Shown here piece by piece: positions 25,896 through 35,531 of a stretch of DNA of 64,000 bases. Position 1 is the first letter of the stretch; each line of letters opens with the position of its first letter. The position numbers were made by a program, and so were the translations under genes. The stretch spans positions 7,410 to 71,409 of the forward strand of contig CAZBOU010000002.1 in NCBI GenBank assembly GCA_964493625.1. Direction: 5' to 3'. The notes under the pieces were generated by a model, which searched no databases, had not been told where the DNA came from, and saw only the letters and a list, made by a program, of their open reading frames with translations. The stretch comes from an uncultured Caldisericota bacterium. Lineage in GTDB: Bacteria; Caldisericota; Caldisericia; UBA6126.

Positions 25896-26552
25896 ATGTA
25901 TTGCGTAATAGTTGGTTGTGGCTTAGTTGGATCTAGGGTTGCAGCTATGCTCGCTCGAAATGGTCACAATGTTGCAGTGATTGATAAAAACGAAGAGGCC
26001 TTTAACAGATTGCCCTCTGAGTTTGACGGGCTAACCATTGCTGGCTATGGGTTTGATGAGTCAGTTCTCAAACAAGCTGGAATTGAACAGGCTGATGTAG
26101 CTGCTACGCTGACAGAAAATGACAATGTCAATATTATGTCCTCGGCAGTAGCCAAAACAATTTTCAAAGTGAAACGTGTGATTACGAGAGTTTATAACCC
26201 AAGTAGAGAAAAAACCTTCCGAGCATTGGGTCTCGAAATTGTGTCTCCCACCATATTAAGTGCCGAACAGGTATACAGTCGTTTTATAATGGGTGAAAAT
26301 AGTGCCAATTTATACGTCAACCAAAGCTTTGAAATAATGGAGCACATTTACGAACCCATTGGTTCTGATGAGTCTGTTGCCGATCTGGAGAAAAATAACG
26401 ACCTTCGAGTGATTGCCATTGTAAGAAATCACAAAATTTCTCTGGCCAAAAACTCTATCAAACTTTCCAAAGGCGATCGCATCATCACGGCTATTAGTAT
26501 TCACTCTATTCACGATTCATCAAAAATATTCGGGAAAAAACAGGAGTCTTAA
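25896..26552 (+). CDS. trkA: Trk/Ktr K+ transport NAD-binding (RCK) subunit
   Basis: VIVGCGLVGSRVA Rossmann GxGxxG, 218 aa RCK_N plus RCK_C. Confidence 0.85.
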   Translation: MYCVIVGCGLVGSRVAAMLARNGHNVAVIDKNEEAFNRLPSEFDGLTIAGYGFDESVLKQAGIEQADVAATLTENDNVNIMSSAVAKTIFKVKRVITRVYNPSREKTFRALGLEIVSPTILSAEQVYSRFIMGENSANLYVNQSFEIMEHIYEPIGSDESVADLEKNNDLRVIAIVRNHKISLAKNSIKLSKGDRIITAISIHSIHDSSKIFGKKQES

Positions 26553-26553
26553 T

Positions 26554-27240
26554 ATGCATGTTATTATCGTAGGTGGCGGTAAAGTAGGAAACAATTTGTG
26601 CAGAGAGCTTCTTTCTATTGGATATTCCGTTTCTATCATTGAAAAAGACGCGGAAAAATGTGAAAAGATTGCTACCGATATGAATGCATTGGTAATCCAC
26701 GGAGATGGAACCGATCATTCGATATTAGAATCTGCGGGTACAGGACAGGCAGATTATTTGGTGGCCGTAACTGGCAGAGATGAAGACAACTTTGTGGCCT
26801 GTCAACTGGCAAAAATCACTTTTAAGGTTCATGTGACCATGGCAAGGATCAATGACCCACGAAATGAATCTATCTTCAAAAAACTCGGGATTGACTTTAC
26901 CTATACTACCACCTTTATTGTGTCGAAAATGATCTTGGAGACAATTAAATGCAGGTTCTGTGGTTTTCCTTTTGTGATTCCTGAATTTTTGAGTAACAAA
27001 AGTAAGTTTGAGATTATTCGCCTTGTATTAACTTATTCTTCTCCTGCTATTGGGAAAAGTCTTGCCGATTTAAATATCCCATCGGGATCTTTGGCCATCG
27101 CTATTTACAGGGAAGATGCTATTCAAATCCCTTATGGAGATTTGGTTTTACAGGAAAACGATATTGTCTATCTGATAGCAGAACGCAAACATGTCGATAC
27201 GGTGCAACATATTTTACTTGGAAAGGAAGATGCTGAATAA
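26554..27240 (+). CDS. trkA: Trk/Ktr K+ transport NAD-binding (RCK) subunit, second copy
   Basis: IIVGGGKVGNNL GxGxxG, 228 aa. Starts 1 nt after the previous stop. Confidence 0.85.
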   Translation: MHVIIVGGGKVGNNLCRELLSIGYSVSIIEKDAEKCEKIATDMNALVIHGDGTDHSILESAGTGQADYLVAVTGRDEDNFVACQLAKITFKVHVTMARINDPRNESIFKKLGIDFTYTTTFIVSKMILETIKCRFCGFPFVIPEFLSNKSKFEIIRLVLTYSSPAIGKSLADLNIPSGSLAIAIYREDAIQIPYGDLVLQENDIVYLIAERKHVDTVQHILLGKEDAE

Positions 27241-27244
27241 GTTA

Positions 27245-28348
27245 TTAGCTTAAACGTGGAAGATAAAACTTAATTCCTACTTTTTGGTCTCTTTGAAGAA
27301 ACTCAAATTGGGCTCCAATTGAATCCAACATTCTTCTACAAACATTGTCCTTGCCAAAAGTATCGATTAGATGCTCAAGATGCAAGGATCTTTCAGAAGT
27401 TTCTAAATAAAAATCAACCAAAAGAGCCGACTCCGTAGTTCGAACATAAAAATCTACAGAAGAGTTGGGCTTTACCAACCCAATGAATGTTGAAACTGTG
27501 GTCTCTACAACATATACAAAGTCTTCTCTTCTTCCCACAATGACTTGATGCAAATTATCCACATGGATTTTCAAATTGATATTCTCTTTATGAGCCATGA
27601 AAAGGATTTTATCGCGCATAGAGGACATCACTTTTGAAACCGTTGCAATTTTGATTCCATTTGTTAAAAGTTTTTTTTCTTCGTAAAAACTGCTTTTTTC
27701 TTCTAAAAAATCAATCATTTTTTTTGTATTGCTTTTCAATACTTTTGTTGCTTCTAATCGGGTATGTTCATCAATAGGTGTATGGGATAAAATGGACGAT
27801 GCGCCTTCTATGCTAGATAAAAAACTTCGACTGGACTGAATAAAATCGATGAAAAGCTGAATATATTCTTTTTCAGCACTTTTTTGTTGGTACTTCGATT
27901 TTTGCTCATAGTTTGTAAGCGTGGATTGAAGATATGTGTTTTGCATCTGTAAATGGTACAAAAGCTTGTTTTGCTCTTTTCTTCTTAAAGCTCTTTCAAT
28001 ACAAAATTTACGTTCAAAAACACCTGCATTAAATGGCAACCAAAAATCAATTCGCTTTTCTTGAAGAAGCCTCTTCATTTGCGATTCAGTTAATTCAAAA
28101 ACGATAAAAAGAATGGAGACGTTTTCAAACAAATGCGTATTTTCAAAGCGGTCCAGAAAATGAGTACACTCTTTGTGAGGAAATTCATCAGACAAAACAA
28201 TGATATCCGGTTTATTGGTTACAAGGATTTCTTCCCCAATCGAAAGTCGGAGCGACCCTGTAACCTCAAAATCCGGTATTACAGAAAAATAATCTTCCAG
28301 AGACGTAAGTGTAATTTTTGTATTGGCGAATATATAGCCTTTTTTCAT
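27245..28348 (-). CDS. Two-component-like protein with degenerate receiver and histidine-kinase-like regions
   Basis: The N-terminus resembles a receiver (PDIIVLSDEFP) but lacks the acidic pair and the conserved Lys. The middle is coiled-coil, followed by a HisKA-like helix FIDFIQSSRSFLSSIEG with no His. The C-terminal fold looks like HATPase, without N/G boxes I can see. Start is uncertain (ATG 28348 vs TTG 28363). Confidence 0.35.
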   Translation of the reverse strand: MKKGYIFANTKITLTSLEDYFSVIPDFEVTGSLRLSIGEEILVTNKPDIIVLSDEFPHKECTHFLDRFENTHLFENVSILFIVFELTESQMKRLLQEKRIDFWLPFNAGVFERKFCIERALRRKEQNKLLYHLQMQNTYLQSTLTNYEQKSKYQQKSAEKEYIQLFIDFIQSSRSFLSSIEGASSILSHTPIDEHTRLEATKVLKSNTKKMIDFLEEKSSFYEEKKLLTNGIKIATVSKVMSSMRDKILFMAHKENINLKIHVDNLHQVIVGRREDFVYVVETTVSTFIGLVKPNSSVDFYVRTTESALLVDFYLETSERSLHLEHLIDTFGKDNVCRRMLDSIGAQFEFLQRDQKVGIKFYLPRLS

Positions 28349-28403
28349 CCCTTCATTATACAAAAATCAAGTAAAAAAGGTAAAATTAAAGTAAGTGATA
28401 TAA

Positions 28404-29405
28404 ATGCAAAAAGCAAAATGGTATCGACAAAAAGAAAATATTTGTATTTGTGAGTGTTGTCCAAATGAATGCAGGATTGCCCCTCATCAATCTGGATTAT
28501 GTGGAACCTATACAAACATCGGTCAGCAACTATGGAATCAACGCTACTATAGGTTTTCCTCTATTTGCATTGATCCCATAGAAAAAAAACCCCTGTACCA
28601 CTTTTTTCCTGGTAGTAGCATTTTGTCATTAGGTGGTTATGGGTGCAATTTAACCTGTTTTTATTGCCAAAATCATTCCATCTCCCAAAACAACTCCCTT
28701 GGAGATACTTTATCGCCTGAGTCCATTGTTGCAGAAGCACGCAAGCATCATGCTGTAGGCGTCGCTCTAACCTACAATGAACCTCTTGTTAACATAGAAA
28801 CGGCTGTGGATTTATTCTCCTTTTGCCAAAAAAACAACCTGCAAACCGTCTTGGTAACCAATGGCTATGTCAACGAAAAACCTCTGTTGGACTTGGTTCC
28901 TTTTGTGGATGCCGTCAATATTGATTTAAAATTTTCTAGTACAGCCTCGTACAAGAAATATGCTGGCGGCCAGTTAGAGCCTGTCATAAATGCTATAAAA
29001 ATTTGCACGCAACACTGCTCAACAGAAGTAACCCATTTAGTAGTACCTGGCATAAACGATTCTGCTTCTTCTATTGACGATATCTGCAACCTTATCTCTT
29101 CTATCAACCCTTCCATCCCTGTCCACTTCAGCGCTTACTATCCTCAATGGAAATCCAGAATTCCCGCAACAGCTCCCGAATTAATCCAATCCATTTGCCA
29201 ACAAGCAAAAAAAACGTTATCCTTTGTGTATGGTGGAAACATCTCCCCATATTGTGATCCCGATTTACATAATACCTATTGCCCTACCTGCCATTCATTA
29301 TGGATCGAACGAATGCAGAGTAGAATACGTATTCATAACATTACGCACAATACATGTTCGATCTGTGGTAGAAATATAACGGAATTTAAAGGATTAGAAT
29401 CATGA
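28404..29405 (+). CDS. amrS: AmmeMemoRadiSam-system radical SAM enzyme (AmrS-like)
   Basis: GGYGCNLTCFYCQNHSIS (CxxxCxxC), an N-terminal Cys cluster, a PFL-activase-like layout and an extra C-terminal CPTC...CSIC. Confidence 0.75.
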   Translation: MQKAKWYRQKENICICECCPNECRIAPHQSGLCGTYTNIGQQLWNQRYYRFSSICIDPIEKKPLYHFFPGSSILSLGGYGCNLTCFYCQNHSISQNNSLGDTLSPESIVAEARKHHAVGVALTYNEPLVNIETAVDLFSFCQKNNLQTVLVTNGYVNEKPLLDLVPFVDAVNIDLKFSSTASYKKYAGGQLEPVINAIKICTQHCSTEVTHLVVPGINDSASSIDDICNLISSINPSIPVHFSAYYPQWKSRIPATAPELIQSICQQAKKTLSFVYGGNISPYCDPDLHNTYCPTCHSLWIERMQSRIRIHNITHNTCSICGRNITEFKGLES

Positions 29406-31501
29406 AGAAGCGATTTGTATCGATTTCTCTCGTTGTAGTTTTTTTGTTTTGTTTTTTTCCTGTTTTGGCGCAAGAAGATATTCAAATTGCTGGAAAAATT
29501 TGGATTCCCGGTTTTTTTGAAGTTGGCACTAGCATTGCAGGAAACGATGATTATATTTATGTATGTGATACCAATAACGCCCAAATTCAAGCATATGACA
29601 CCGATTTTCGACCCTATTTTCATTTCGGTGGATATGGCTCAAAAAATGGACAATTCATCTCTTTACAAGGTATTCAAACCGCAGGAGAGGAACTTTTTGT
29701 TACTTCTATCCGCGATTACAAAAAGAATGAAGGAAAGATTCAGGTTTTTTCGAAAACGGGGATCTATCAACGCTCTTTTGCGGAACCAAAAACCCGATCT
29801 GATTTCATTCGAACTAGCCCTGTAGTAAATGAACGTGTATATGCAATCACAAAAAGCACCCTATGCACATTCGAAACGAATGGATCTTTACTATTTGAAC
29901 ATGACACTGTAGATAATCTTTCATTTCTTGATCTGAAAGATATTGACATATCTCCACAGCACATTCTCTTGGTAGATTGCCAGAGAAGAGGGTTTATGAT
30001 GATCGATTGGGACCTATCTTCTGTTCGCGTAATAGGCGAAGAGCTGATATCCATCCCTGTCGCTATTGAATATTCCAATAACACAATTTTTGTGGCTGAC
30101 GCAAAAGGAAATGTATTTGTTTATTCAACCAAAGGCAAACATTTGTCCACAATCCCCAGCCAAGAAAACCTTCTTGTCAATAGCTTGTACTATGCACAAG
30201 AAGATACCCTATATGCCACAACAACTCGTCCTCATTCCATTACGAAGATACATACATCCACACTGGAAGTATCTGTTATGGAAATGAAACCAGCCAGCCC
30301 TTTGGAGTTACATTGGCCTTCAACAATCTGCATGAACAATGAAGGATTGCTATACACCAACGATGATGTTACCCAAAGTATTAAATGTATCCAAAGCAAA
30401 ACCAATGAATTCATTGCGGAAATGGGTCGATTAACTGAGGAGTCATCATCCTATATCTATCCTTCCGATCTATGTGCTGGGCCAAACGATACTCTTTACG
30501 TTATTGACCTGAACAAGCCCAATCAATTATATTCTTTCTCGGAATCCACAAATCAACTTTTTTACGAAGGTTTGAACAGCAGTCACTTCACCCACATACA
30601 ATACGTCCATCCTTTTCTGTATGCCCTAGATCAATACAACCAATGTATCCACCAAATATCTGTAAAAGGTATTGTAGAAAAAACGTTTTCATTTCAAGAT
30701 TCCATGAAAACTATCCAAAGTTTCTTTGCATCAGAAGGGCAATTAACTCTTCTGAACCACAAAGGTGTCATATTTCTATTGGAAATGTCCTCTGGTTCAA
30801 TCATTCGCTATTATTCTTTGCAGAATTATACCCCCTCTTCCACCGCAAAGATCCATTTCGTTCCTCTAGATAATCGCTTGTTAGTAGTGAATCGAGATGA
30901 TTGCTGTATAGATATTTATAACAACCGTAGCGGCATTCTGTTTTCGAAATATGGTAGCATTGGTGGCCCGAATACTTTTATCCAAGACAGCAATGCACAA
31001 GTTAATTTGTGGTTTGAAACAGGGCTTTTTTTGTTTCCTGAAAAAATGATTCCTTACCAACAACAAATCGTTATCGCAGATGCCGGGAATCACCGAATTC
31101 AATTCATTCCATTGTCTCGTTTTCTTCAGACTGTCATCAAGTTACAAATCCAACAACGCAAAGCTTTTGTGAATGGCGAAGAACACGAAATGGATGTAGC
31201 TCCCTATATATCCAATGGACGGACAATGGTTCCTTTACGCTTTATATCAGAAGCATTTCAAGCAGAAGTACTGTGGAATTCTAAACAACAAGAAATTTCG
31301 ATTCAAGATCGTGATACCACAATAGTACTGACCATTGGTTCTACTATTATGCGAGTAAATGACAATGTTATAACTCTAGATGTGCCACCCGTAATACGGA
31401 CAAGTAGAACATTTGTGCCTATTCGAGCCATCTCAGAGACCCTGCAAGCTGCTGTTGAATGGAATGCAGCAAATCAAACTGTTACGATAAGGAGGATGTA
31501 G
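29402..31501 (+). CDS. Secreted NHL-repeat beta-propeller protein with a C-terminal CuAO-N-like domain
   Basis: ATGA overlap with amrS. Signal peptide FVSISLVVVFLFCFFPVLAQE. NHL-like blades (CDTNNAQIQAY, ADAGNHRIQFI). C-terminus: NGRTMVPLRFISEAFQAEVLWN and SRTFVPIRAISETLQAAVEWN. Confidence 0.7.
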   Translation: MKKRFVSISLVVVFLFCFFPVLAQEDIQIAGKIWIPGFFEVGTSIAGNDDYIYVCDTNNAQIQAYDTDFRPYFHFGGYGSKNGQFISLQGIQTAGEELFVTSIRDYKKNEGKIQVFSKTGIYQRSFAEPKTRSDFIRTSPVVNERVYAITKSTLCTFETNGSLLFEHDTVDNLSFLDLKDIDISPQHILLVDCQRRGFMMIDWDLSSVRVIGEELISIPVAIEYSNNTIFVADAKGNVFVYSTKGKHLSTIPSQENLLVNSLYYAQEDTLYATTTRPHSITKIHTSTLEVSVMEMKPASPLELHWPSTICMNNEGLLYTNDDVTQSIKCIQSKTNEFIAEMGRLTEESSSYIYPSDLCAGPNDTLYVIDLNKPNQLYSFSESTNQLFYEGLNSSHFTHIQYVHPFLYALDQYNQCIHQISVKGIVEKTFSFQDSMKTIQSFFASEGQLTLLNHKGVIFLLEMSSGSIIRYYSLQNYTPSSTAKIHFVPLDNRLLVVNRDDCCIDIYNNRSGILFSKYGSIGGPNTFIQDSNAQVNLWFETGLFLFPEKMIPYQQQIVIADAGNHRIQFIPLSRFLQTVIKLQIQQRKAFVNGEEHEMDVAPYISNGRTMVPLRFISEAFQAEVLWNSKQQEISIQDRDTTIVLTIGSTIMRVNDNVITLDVPPVIRTSRTFVPIRAISETLQAAVEWNAANQTVTIRRM

Positions 31502-32554
31502 ATGTTCGATTGGGAAAAGAATCTTCAGCAAATAACAGATTTGTATGGTTTAAGCGGAGAAGAGTCCCTTGTGATTCAATGGATTCAAAAAGAGATTGCC
31601 CCTTTTGTAGACGAGTCCTACACCAATACCCTGGGTAGCTATGTTGCTATTAAAAAAGGAAGGGGACTGCAAAGGGCAAAACTCATGATCTCCACCCACA
31701 TTGATGAGATTGGCTTTGTGGTTGGGTCCATCCTGGAAAAAGGCTTTTTACGTGTAGAGCCAAGAGGAGGAGTGGATCCAAAAATTCTACAAGCACAAGA
31801 ATGTTTCGTTCGTGATATTCACGGCGAGCTTATTGCCTGTGTATTTTCTACAGTACCGCCCCATTTAATAAAACCCGAAGAACGTACAAAGGTTCCTAGT
31901 TATGACACACTCATTTTAGATACGGGTCTTGAAGAGGATGTATTGAGAAAACGAATTCATGTAGGCTCGGGGATTGTTTTTAAATCTCCCTTTACCAAAC
32001 TGCTCTCCGAGAATTATGCCGGCAAAACACTGGACGATCGTTCATGTGCCGTAATCAGCATGGCCGTTGCTAGCGAATTAAAGTCTATTCTGCATGACTG
32101 GGATGTTTATTTCGTTTTTTCTTCGCAAGAAGAAGTAGGTACAAAAGGAGCAAAAACTTCTGCATGGGAAATCGAACCCAATGTCGCCATCGCAATGGAT
32201 GTCGGCTTTGGTTCGCAAAATGGCCATGAAGGTCTTCCCCTTGGAAAAGGGCCTGGTATCGGCGTTGGTCCTAACTTTACTCCAAAAATTGTTACCGACC
32301 TTCGCCAATGTGCAGAAAACAAAAACATACCCTTCACCATTGAGCCTTCCCCAAGACCAGGAGGAACAGATGCTGGTTCAATACAAATCGCTCGTGGCGG
32401 AATACCTACCGCACTCCTAAGTTTGCCTTTGCGTTATATGCATACTCCCGTTGAAGTAATCAATCTCAAAGATTGTAAATACATTGTGGAACTTCTAACA
32501 ACCTATATTAAAACTTTGAATGATGAATATTTGGAGGAACTTCAATGGTCTTAA
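31502..32554 (+). CDS. M42 family metallopeptidase (FrvX/TET-like) 1
   Basis: THIDEIGFVV, LDDRSCA, SSQEEVG motifs. AGGAGG SD. Starts directly after the previous stop. Confidence 0.9.
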   Translation: MFDWEKNLQQITDLYGLSGEESLVIQWIQKEIAPFVDESYTNTLGSYVAIKKGRGLQRAKLMISTHIDEIGFVVGSILEKGFLRVEPRGGVDPKILQAQECFVRDIHGELIACVFSTVPPHLIKPEERTKVPSYDTLILDTGLEEDVLRKRIHVGSGIVFKSPFTKLLSENYAGKTLDDRSCAVISMAVASELKSILHDWDVYFVFSSQEEVGTKGAKTSAWEIEPNVAIAMDVGFGSQNGHEGLPLGKGPGIGVGPNFTPKIVTDLRQCAENKNIPFTIEPSPRPGGTDAGSIQIARGGIPTALLSLPLRYMHTPVEVINLKDCKYIVELLTTYIKTLNDEYLEELQWS

Positions 32555-33570
32555 AAGAATTGTGCAACCTACCTGGAATTAGTGGACATGAAAATGAGGT
32601 CCGCTCTTTTATCCGCAATGAAATTTCTGAATTTGTTGATGAGATGAAAGTGGATTGTTTGGGCAACTTAATGGTAAAGAAACAAGGTCACAATTGCTCG
32701 AAACATATCATGTATCTGGCACACATGGACGAAGTTGGTTTGATGGTCGAAAAGATAGAATCCAGCGGTGTTATTAAATTTGCTACCGTTGGAGGTATTT
32801 TGCCCTCCATTCTACCCGCAACGCAAGTAAAAATACTGGGAAAGAAAACCCTGCAGGGGGTTGTTGGAATCATGCCTATCCATCTCCAAAAGAATGGGGT
32901 TATGGATCCCATCAAAATGGATTCTTTGTACATTGACGTAGGGGCTTCTTCAGATAAAGATCTGCAAGGTAGCATAGAATGTGGAGATCCTATTGTTTTT
33001 GCTACGCAGTATGAAGAATATGGACAGTTGTTGAAAGCAAAGGCCTTTGATGACAGAGTAGGCTGTTCCATCATGATCGATATGTTAAAACAAAATATTA
33101 CACCCGCCTATGACACATGGTTTGTCTTTGCTACGCAAGAAGAGGTAGGGTTAAGAGGTAGTGCAACAGCCACATACCAGATTAAACCAGATTTCTCAGT
33201 TGTTTTGGAAGGAACTACTGCCTGCGACAACCCCCTTGTCGAAAGAAACCGCTATACTACTCAACTAGGCAAAGGGCCTGCCATCAGCATTGCCCACAAT
33301 GGCTTCGTTTTCTCAAAAAAAATCTTTGATTTTTTCAAATCGGTTGCTGAAAAACACCAAATCTCTTACCAAATCAAAGAGAAAGTGGCAGGTGGTAACG
33401 ATGCCACGAACATCGGAAAAGGAGAAAAAGGGTCCTATGTTGGATCTTTGTCTGTGCCTGTTCGCTATATTCATTCACCCGTAAGCATTATGCACCCAGA
33501 TGATTATCAAAATACATTGCAATTAGCCCTGGCACTATACCAGGAAAATCAATCATTTCTTACTTTGTAG
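32545..33570 (+). CDS. M42 family metallopeptidase 2
   Basis: AHMDEVGLMV, FDDRVGC, ATQEEVG. GGAGGA SD. 10-nt overlap with the previous gene. Confidence 0.9.
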   Translation: MVLKELCNLPGISGHENEVRSFIRNEISEFVDEMKVDCLGNLMVKKQGHNCSKHIMYLAHMDEVGLMVEKIESSGVIKFATVGGILPSILPATQVKILGKKTLQGVVGIMPIHLQKNGVMDPIKMDSLYIDVGASSDKDLQGSIECGDPIVFATQYEEYGQLLKAKAFDDRVGCSIMIDMLKQNITPAYDTWFVFATQEEVGLRGSATATYQIKPDFSVVLEGTTACDNPLVERNRYTTQLGKGPAISIAHNGFVFSKKIFDFFKSVAEKHQISYQIKEKVAGGNDATNIGKGEKGSYVGSLSVPVRYIHSPVSIMHPDDYQNTLQLALALYQENQSFLTL

Positions 33571-33583
33571 AGGAGGTATTCCA

Positions 33584-34600
33584 ATGAAAGACATTTTAAA
33601 ACAATTTGTTGAAATCTCAGCCCCCAGCGGCAGAGAAGAGCCTATTCAAAAGGCAATTCAGTCTATTATTCAACCCTATGTTGATGATATAAAAACAGAC
33701 TCTCTAGGGAACCTGATTGCCCATAAAAAAGGAAATGGGAAAAAGCTTCTTTTTGATGCTCATATGGATGAAATAGGCTTTGTCGCTACCTATATTGATG
33801 ACCATGGCTTTGTTCACGTTGAACCTATTGGTGGACACAATCCTATCAATCTTCCTTTCCAAAGAATATGTTTTGAATATGGCGCAAAAGGGACCTTGGG
33901 TTTTGAATCCGAAATTCTATCAAAAATGAACTCGGATCGTAAGGATGTTTCTTTTGATACCCTCTATGTTGATATTGGGGCTCGAAGCAAAAATGAAGCT
34001 CTATCAAAAATCCGCATTGGTGAAACAGCAACCTATGATTCTCCTTTCGTTGATATGGGACATCGATATATGTCCAAAGCAATGGATGACCGTGTAGCTT
34101 GTGCTATTTTAGTCAAACTTATTCAAACACTACAAACCCACCATCACGATCTATACTTTGTATTTGCTACACAAGAAGAAGTGGGATTGGTAGGCAGCAA
34201 AGCTTCAGCTTATGGAATTGAACCCGACTTTGGCATTGCCTTGGATGTTACTGCCACTGGTTTCGAAGACACTCCCAAAGGACTAAAACGTGTACCCATG
34301 AAACTTGGAGCTGGTCCTGCTATCAAAATCCAAGATAGGAGTATGATTGCAAACCACAGTCTCAACCAATGGATTCAAACAATTGCTGATCAAAATCGAA
34401 TCCCTACCCAATATGAAGTTCTTCCTTTTGGAGGAACAAACGGAGGAGTTATTCAAACAACCAAATCGGGGGTTTATACAACCTGCATTTCTATCCCCAC
34501 TCGATATCTACATTCTCCAAGTGAAATTGTGGATGTTATGGATGTCCAAAACACCTACCAACTTGCAAAAGCAATCGCTGAAAAAGAAATCACTCTGTAA
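33584..34600 (+). CDS. M42 family metallopeptidase 3
   Basis: AHMDEIGFVA, MDDRVAC, ATQEEVG. GAGGAGG SD. Confidence 0.9.
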   Translation: MKDILKQFVEISAPSGREEPIQKAIQSIIQPYVDDIKTDSLGNLIAHKKGNGKKLLFDAHMDEIGFVATYIDDHGFVHVEPIGGHNPINLPFQRICFEYGAKGTLGFESEILSKMNSDRKDVSFDTLYVDIGARSKNEALSKIRIGETATYDSPFVDMGHRYMSKAMDDRVACAILVKLIQTLQTHHHDLYFVFATQEEVGLVGSKASAYGIEPDFGIALDVTATGFEDTPKGLKRVPMKLGAGPAIKIQDRSMIANHSLNQWIQTIADQNRIPTQYEVLPFGGTNGGVIQTTKSGVYTTCISIPTRYLHSPSEIVDVMDVQNTYQLAKAIAEKEITL

Positions 34601-34607
34601 GCATCGT

Positions 34608-34655
34608 CATACCACCCTATGCCCATCTTGTATCAGAAAAGCATAGGGTGGTATG
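34608..34655. other. Perfect 15-bp inverted repeat (hairpin) with no U-tract
   Basis: CATACCACCCTATGC (34608-34622) and GCATAGGGTGGTATG (34641-34655) with an 18-nt loop. No T-run follows on either strand. Confidence 0.6.
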
Positions 34656-34671
34656 TACCGAACCCTGCAAT

Positions 34672-35523
34672 ATGTCAAAAATACCATTTTTTCTAAAGAA
34701 AATCTTCTATCTTTTTCAATCTTCTTTCAACCATTTTTTTAAAGATGATTGCATTATTAAGGCGGCGGGTCTTTCATGGGCACTATTTTTAAATATGATT
34801 CCTATGCTGATCCTTGTACTATCCATTGCCAGTAGTCTATTGCCTACAGGTCAGAGTGCGGTAGAATTCACAAAGCTTTTTTTCCAGGTTTTAGATCAGT
34901 TTACTCCCTCCCAAATCAGCAATTTGCAATCTATCATTGATACAGCTTTCGAAGCATCTCTTTCTTCATCCATTGCTGCCTTTTTTGTCATGCTATGGTC
35001 TTTGTTTATTTTTTATTCTTGGATAAAAAGAACTTTTGATAGTATCTGGAACGTTCGAAAAACAAAAAAACTTCTCCCCAAAAGTAAGATAAGGGGAATG
35101 GGCGTCATGATTCTTTTGATTGTATTTTTGGTTTTTTCCCTTATTGTTTACAACATTCTCTTGTTCTTCATCCGTTTTATTGATGCTTCCACTTTTGTAT
35201 CTTTTCCTCAGATAACCTCTACAATCCTTTTGTATTTCTTAAACCTCACAACCGCAGGCTTCACTTTCTTTGCTTTTTTCAAATGGATTCCTGAAAAACC
35301 TGTACACACAAAAGCTGCCTTTTTTGCTGCCCTTGTTTCGTTAACAATGGAAATTATTGCATTGTTTGGTTTTCAGATGTACTTGCAATACTTCGCAAAA
35401 ACAAGTAGCATTTATGGCTCTATGTTTTCTATCATCGTCATTCTTCTTTGGATGTATTGCACAATGATCACATTGCTCTTTGGTTGTGAGTTTTGTAGAA
35501 TCTACCATCAATCTATTGACTAG
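34672..35523 (+). CDS. YihY/BrkB family membrane protein
   Basis: Multi-pass membrane protein with a YihY-like pattern (AAGLSWALFLNMIPML...). The ORF-track GTG 34648 lies inside the hairpin, so I prefer ATG 34672 (MSKIPFF). Confidence 0.65.
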   Translation: MSKIPFFLKKIFYLFQSSFNHFFKDDCIIKAAGLSWALFLNMIPMLILVLSIASSLLPTGQSAVEFTKLFFQVLDQFTPSQISNLQSIIDTAFEASLSSSIAAFFVMLWSLFIFYSWIKRTFDSIWNVRKTKKLLPKSKIRGMGVMILLIVFLVFSLIVYNILLFFIRFIDASTFVSFPQITSTILLYFLNLTTAGFTFFAFFKWIPEKPVHTKAAFFAALVSLTMEIIALFGFQMYLQYFAKTSSIYGSMFSIIVILLWMYCTMITLLFGCEFCRIYHQSID

Positions 35524-35531
35524 GAGTTTGC

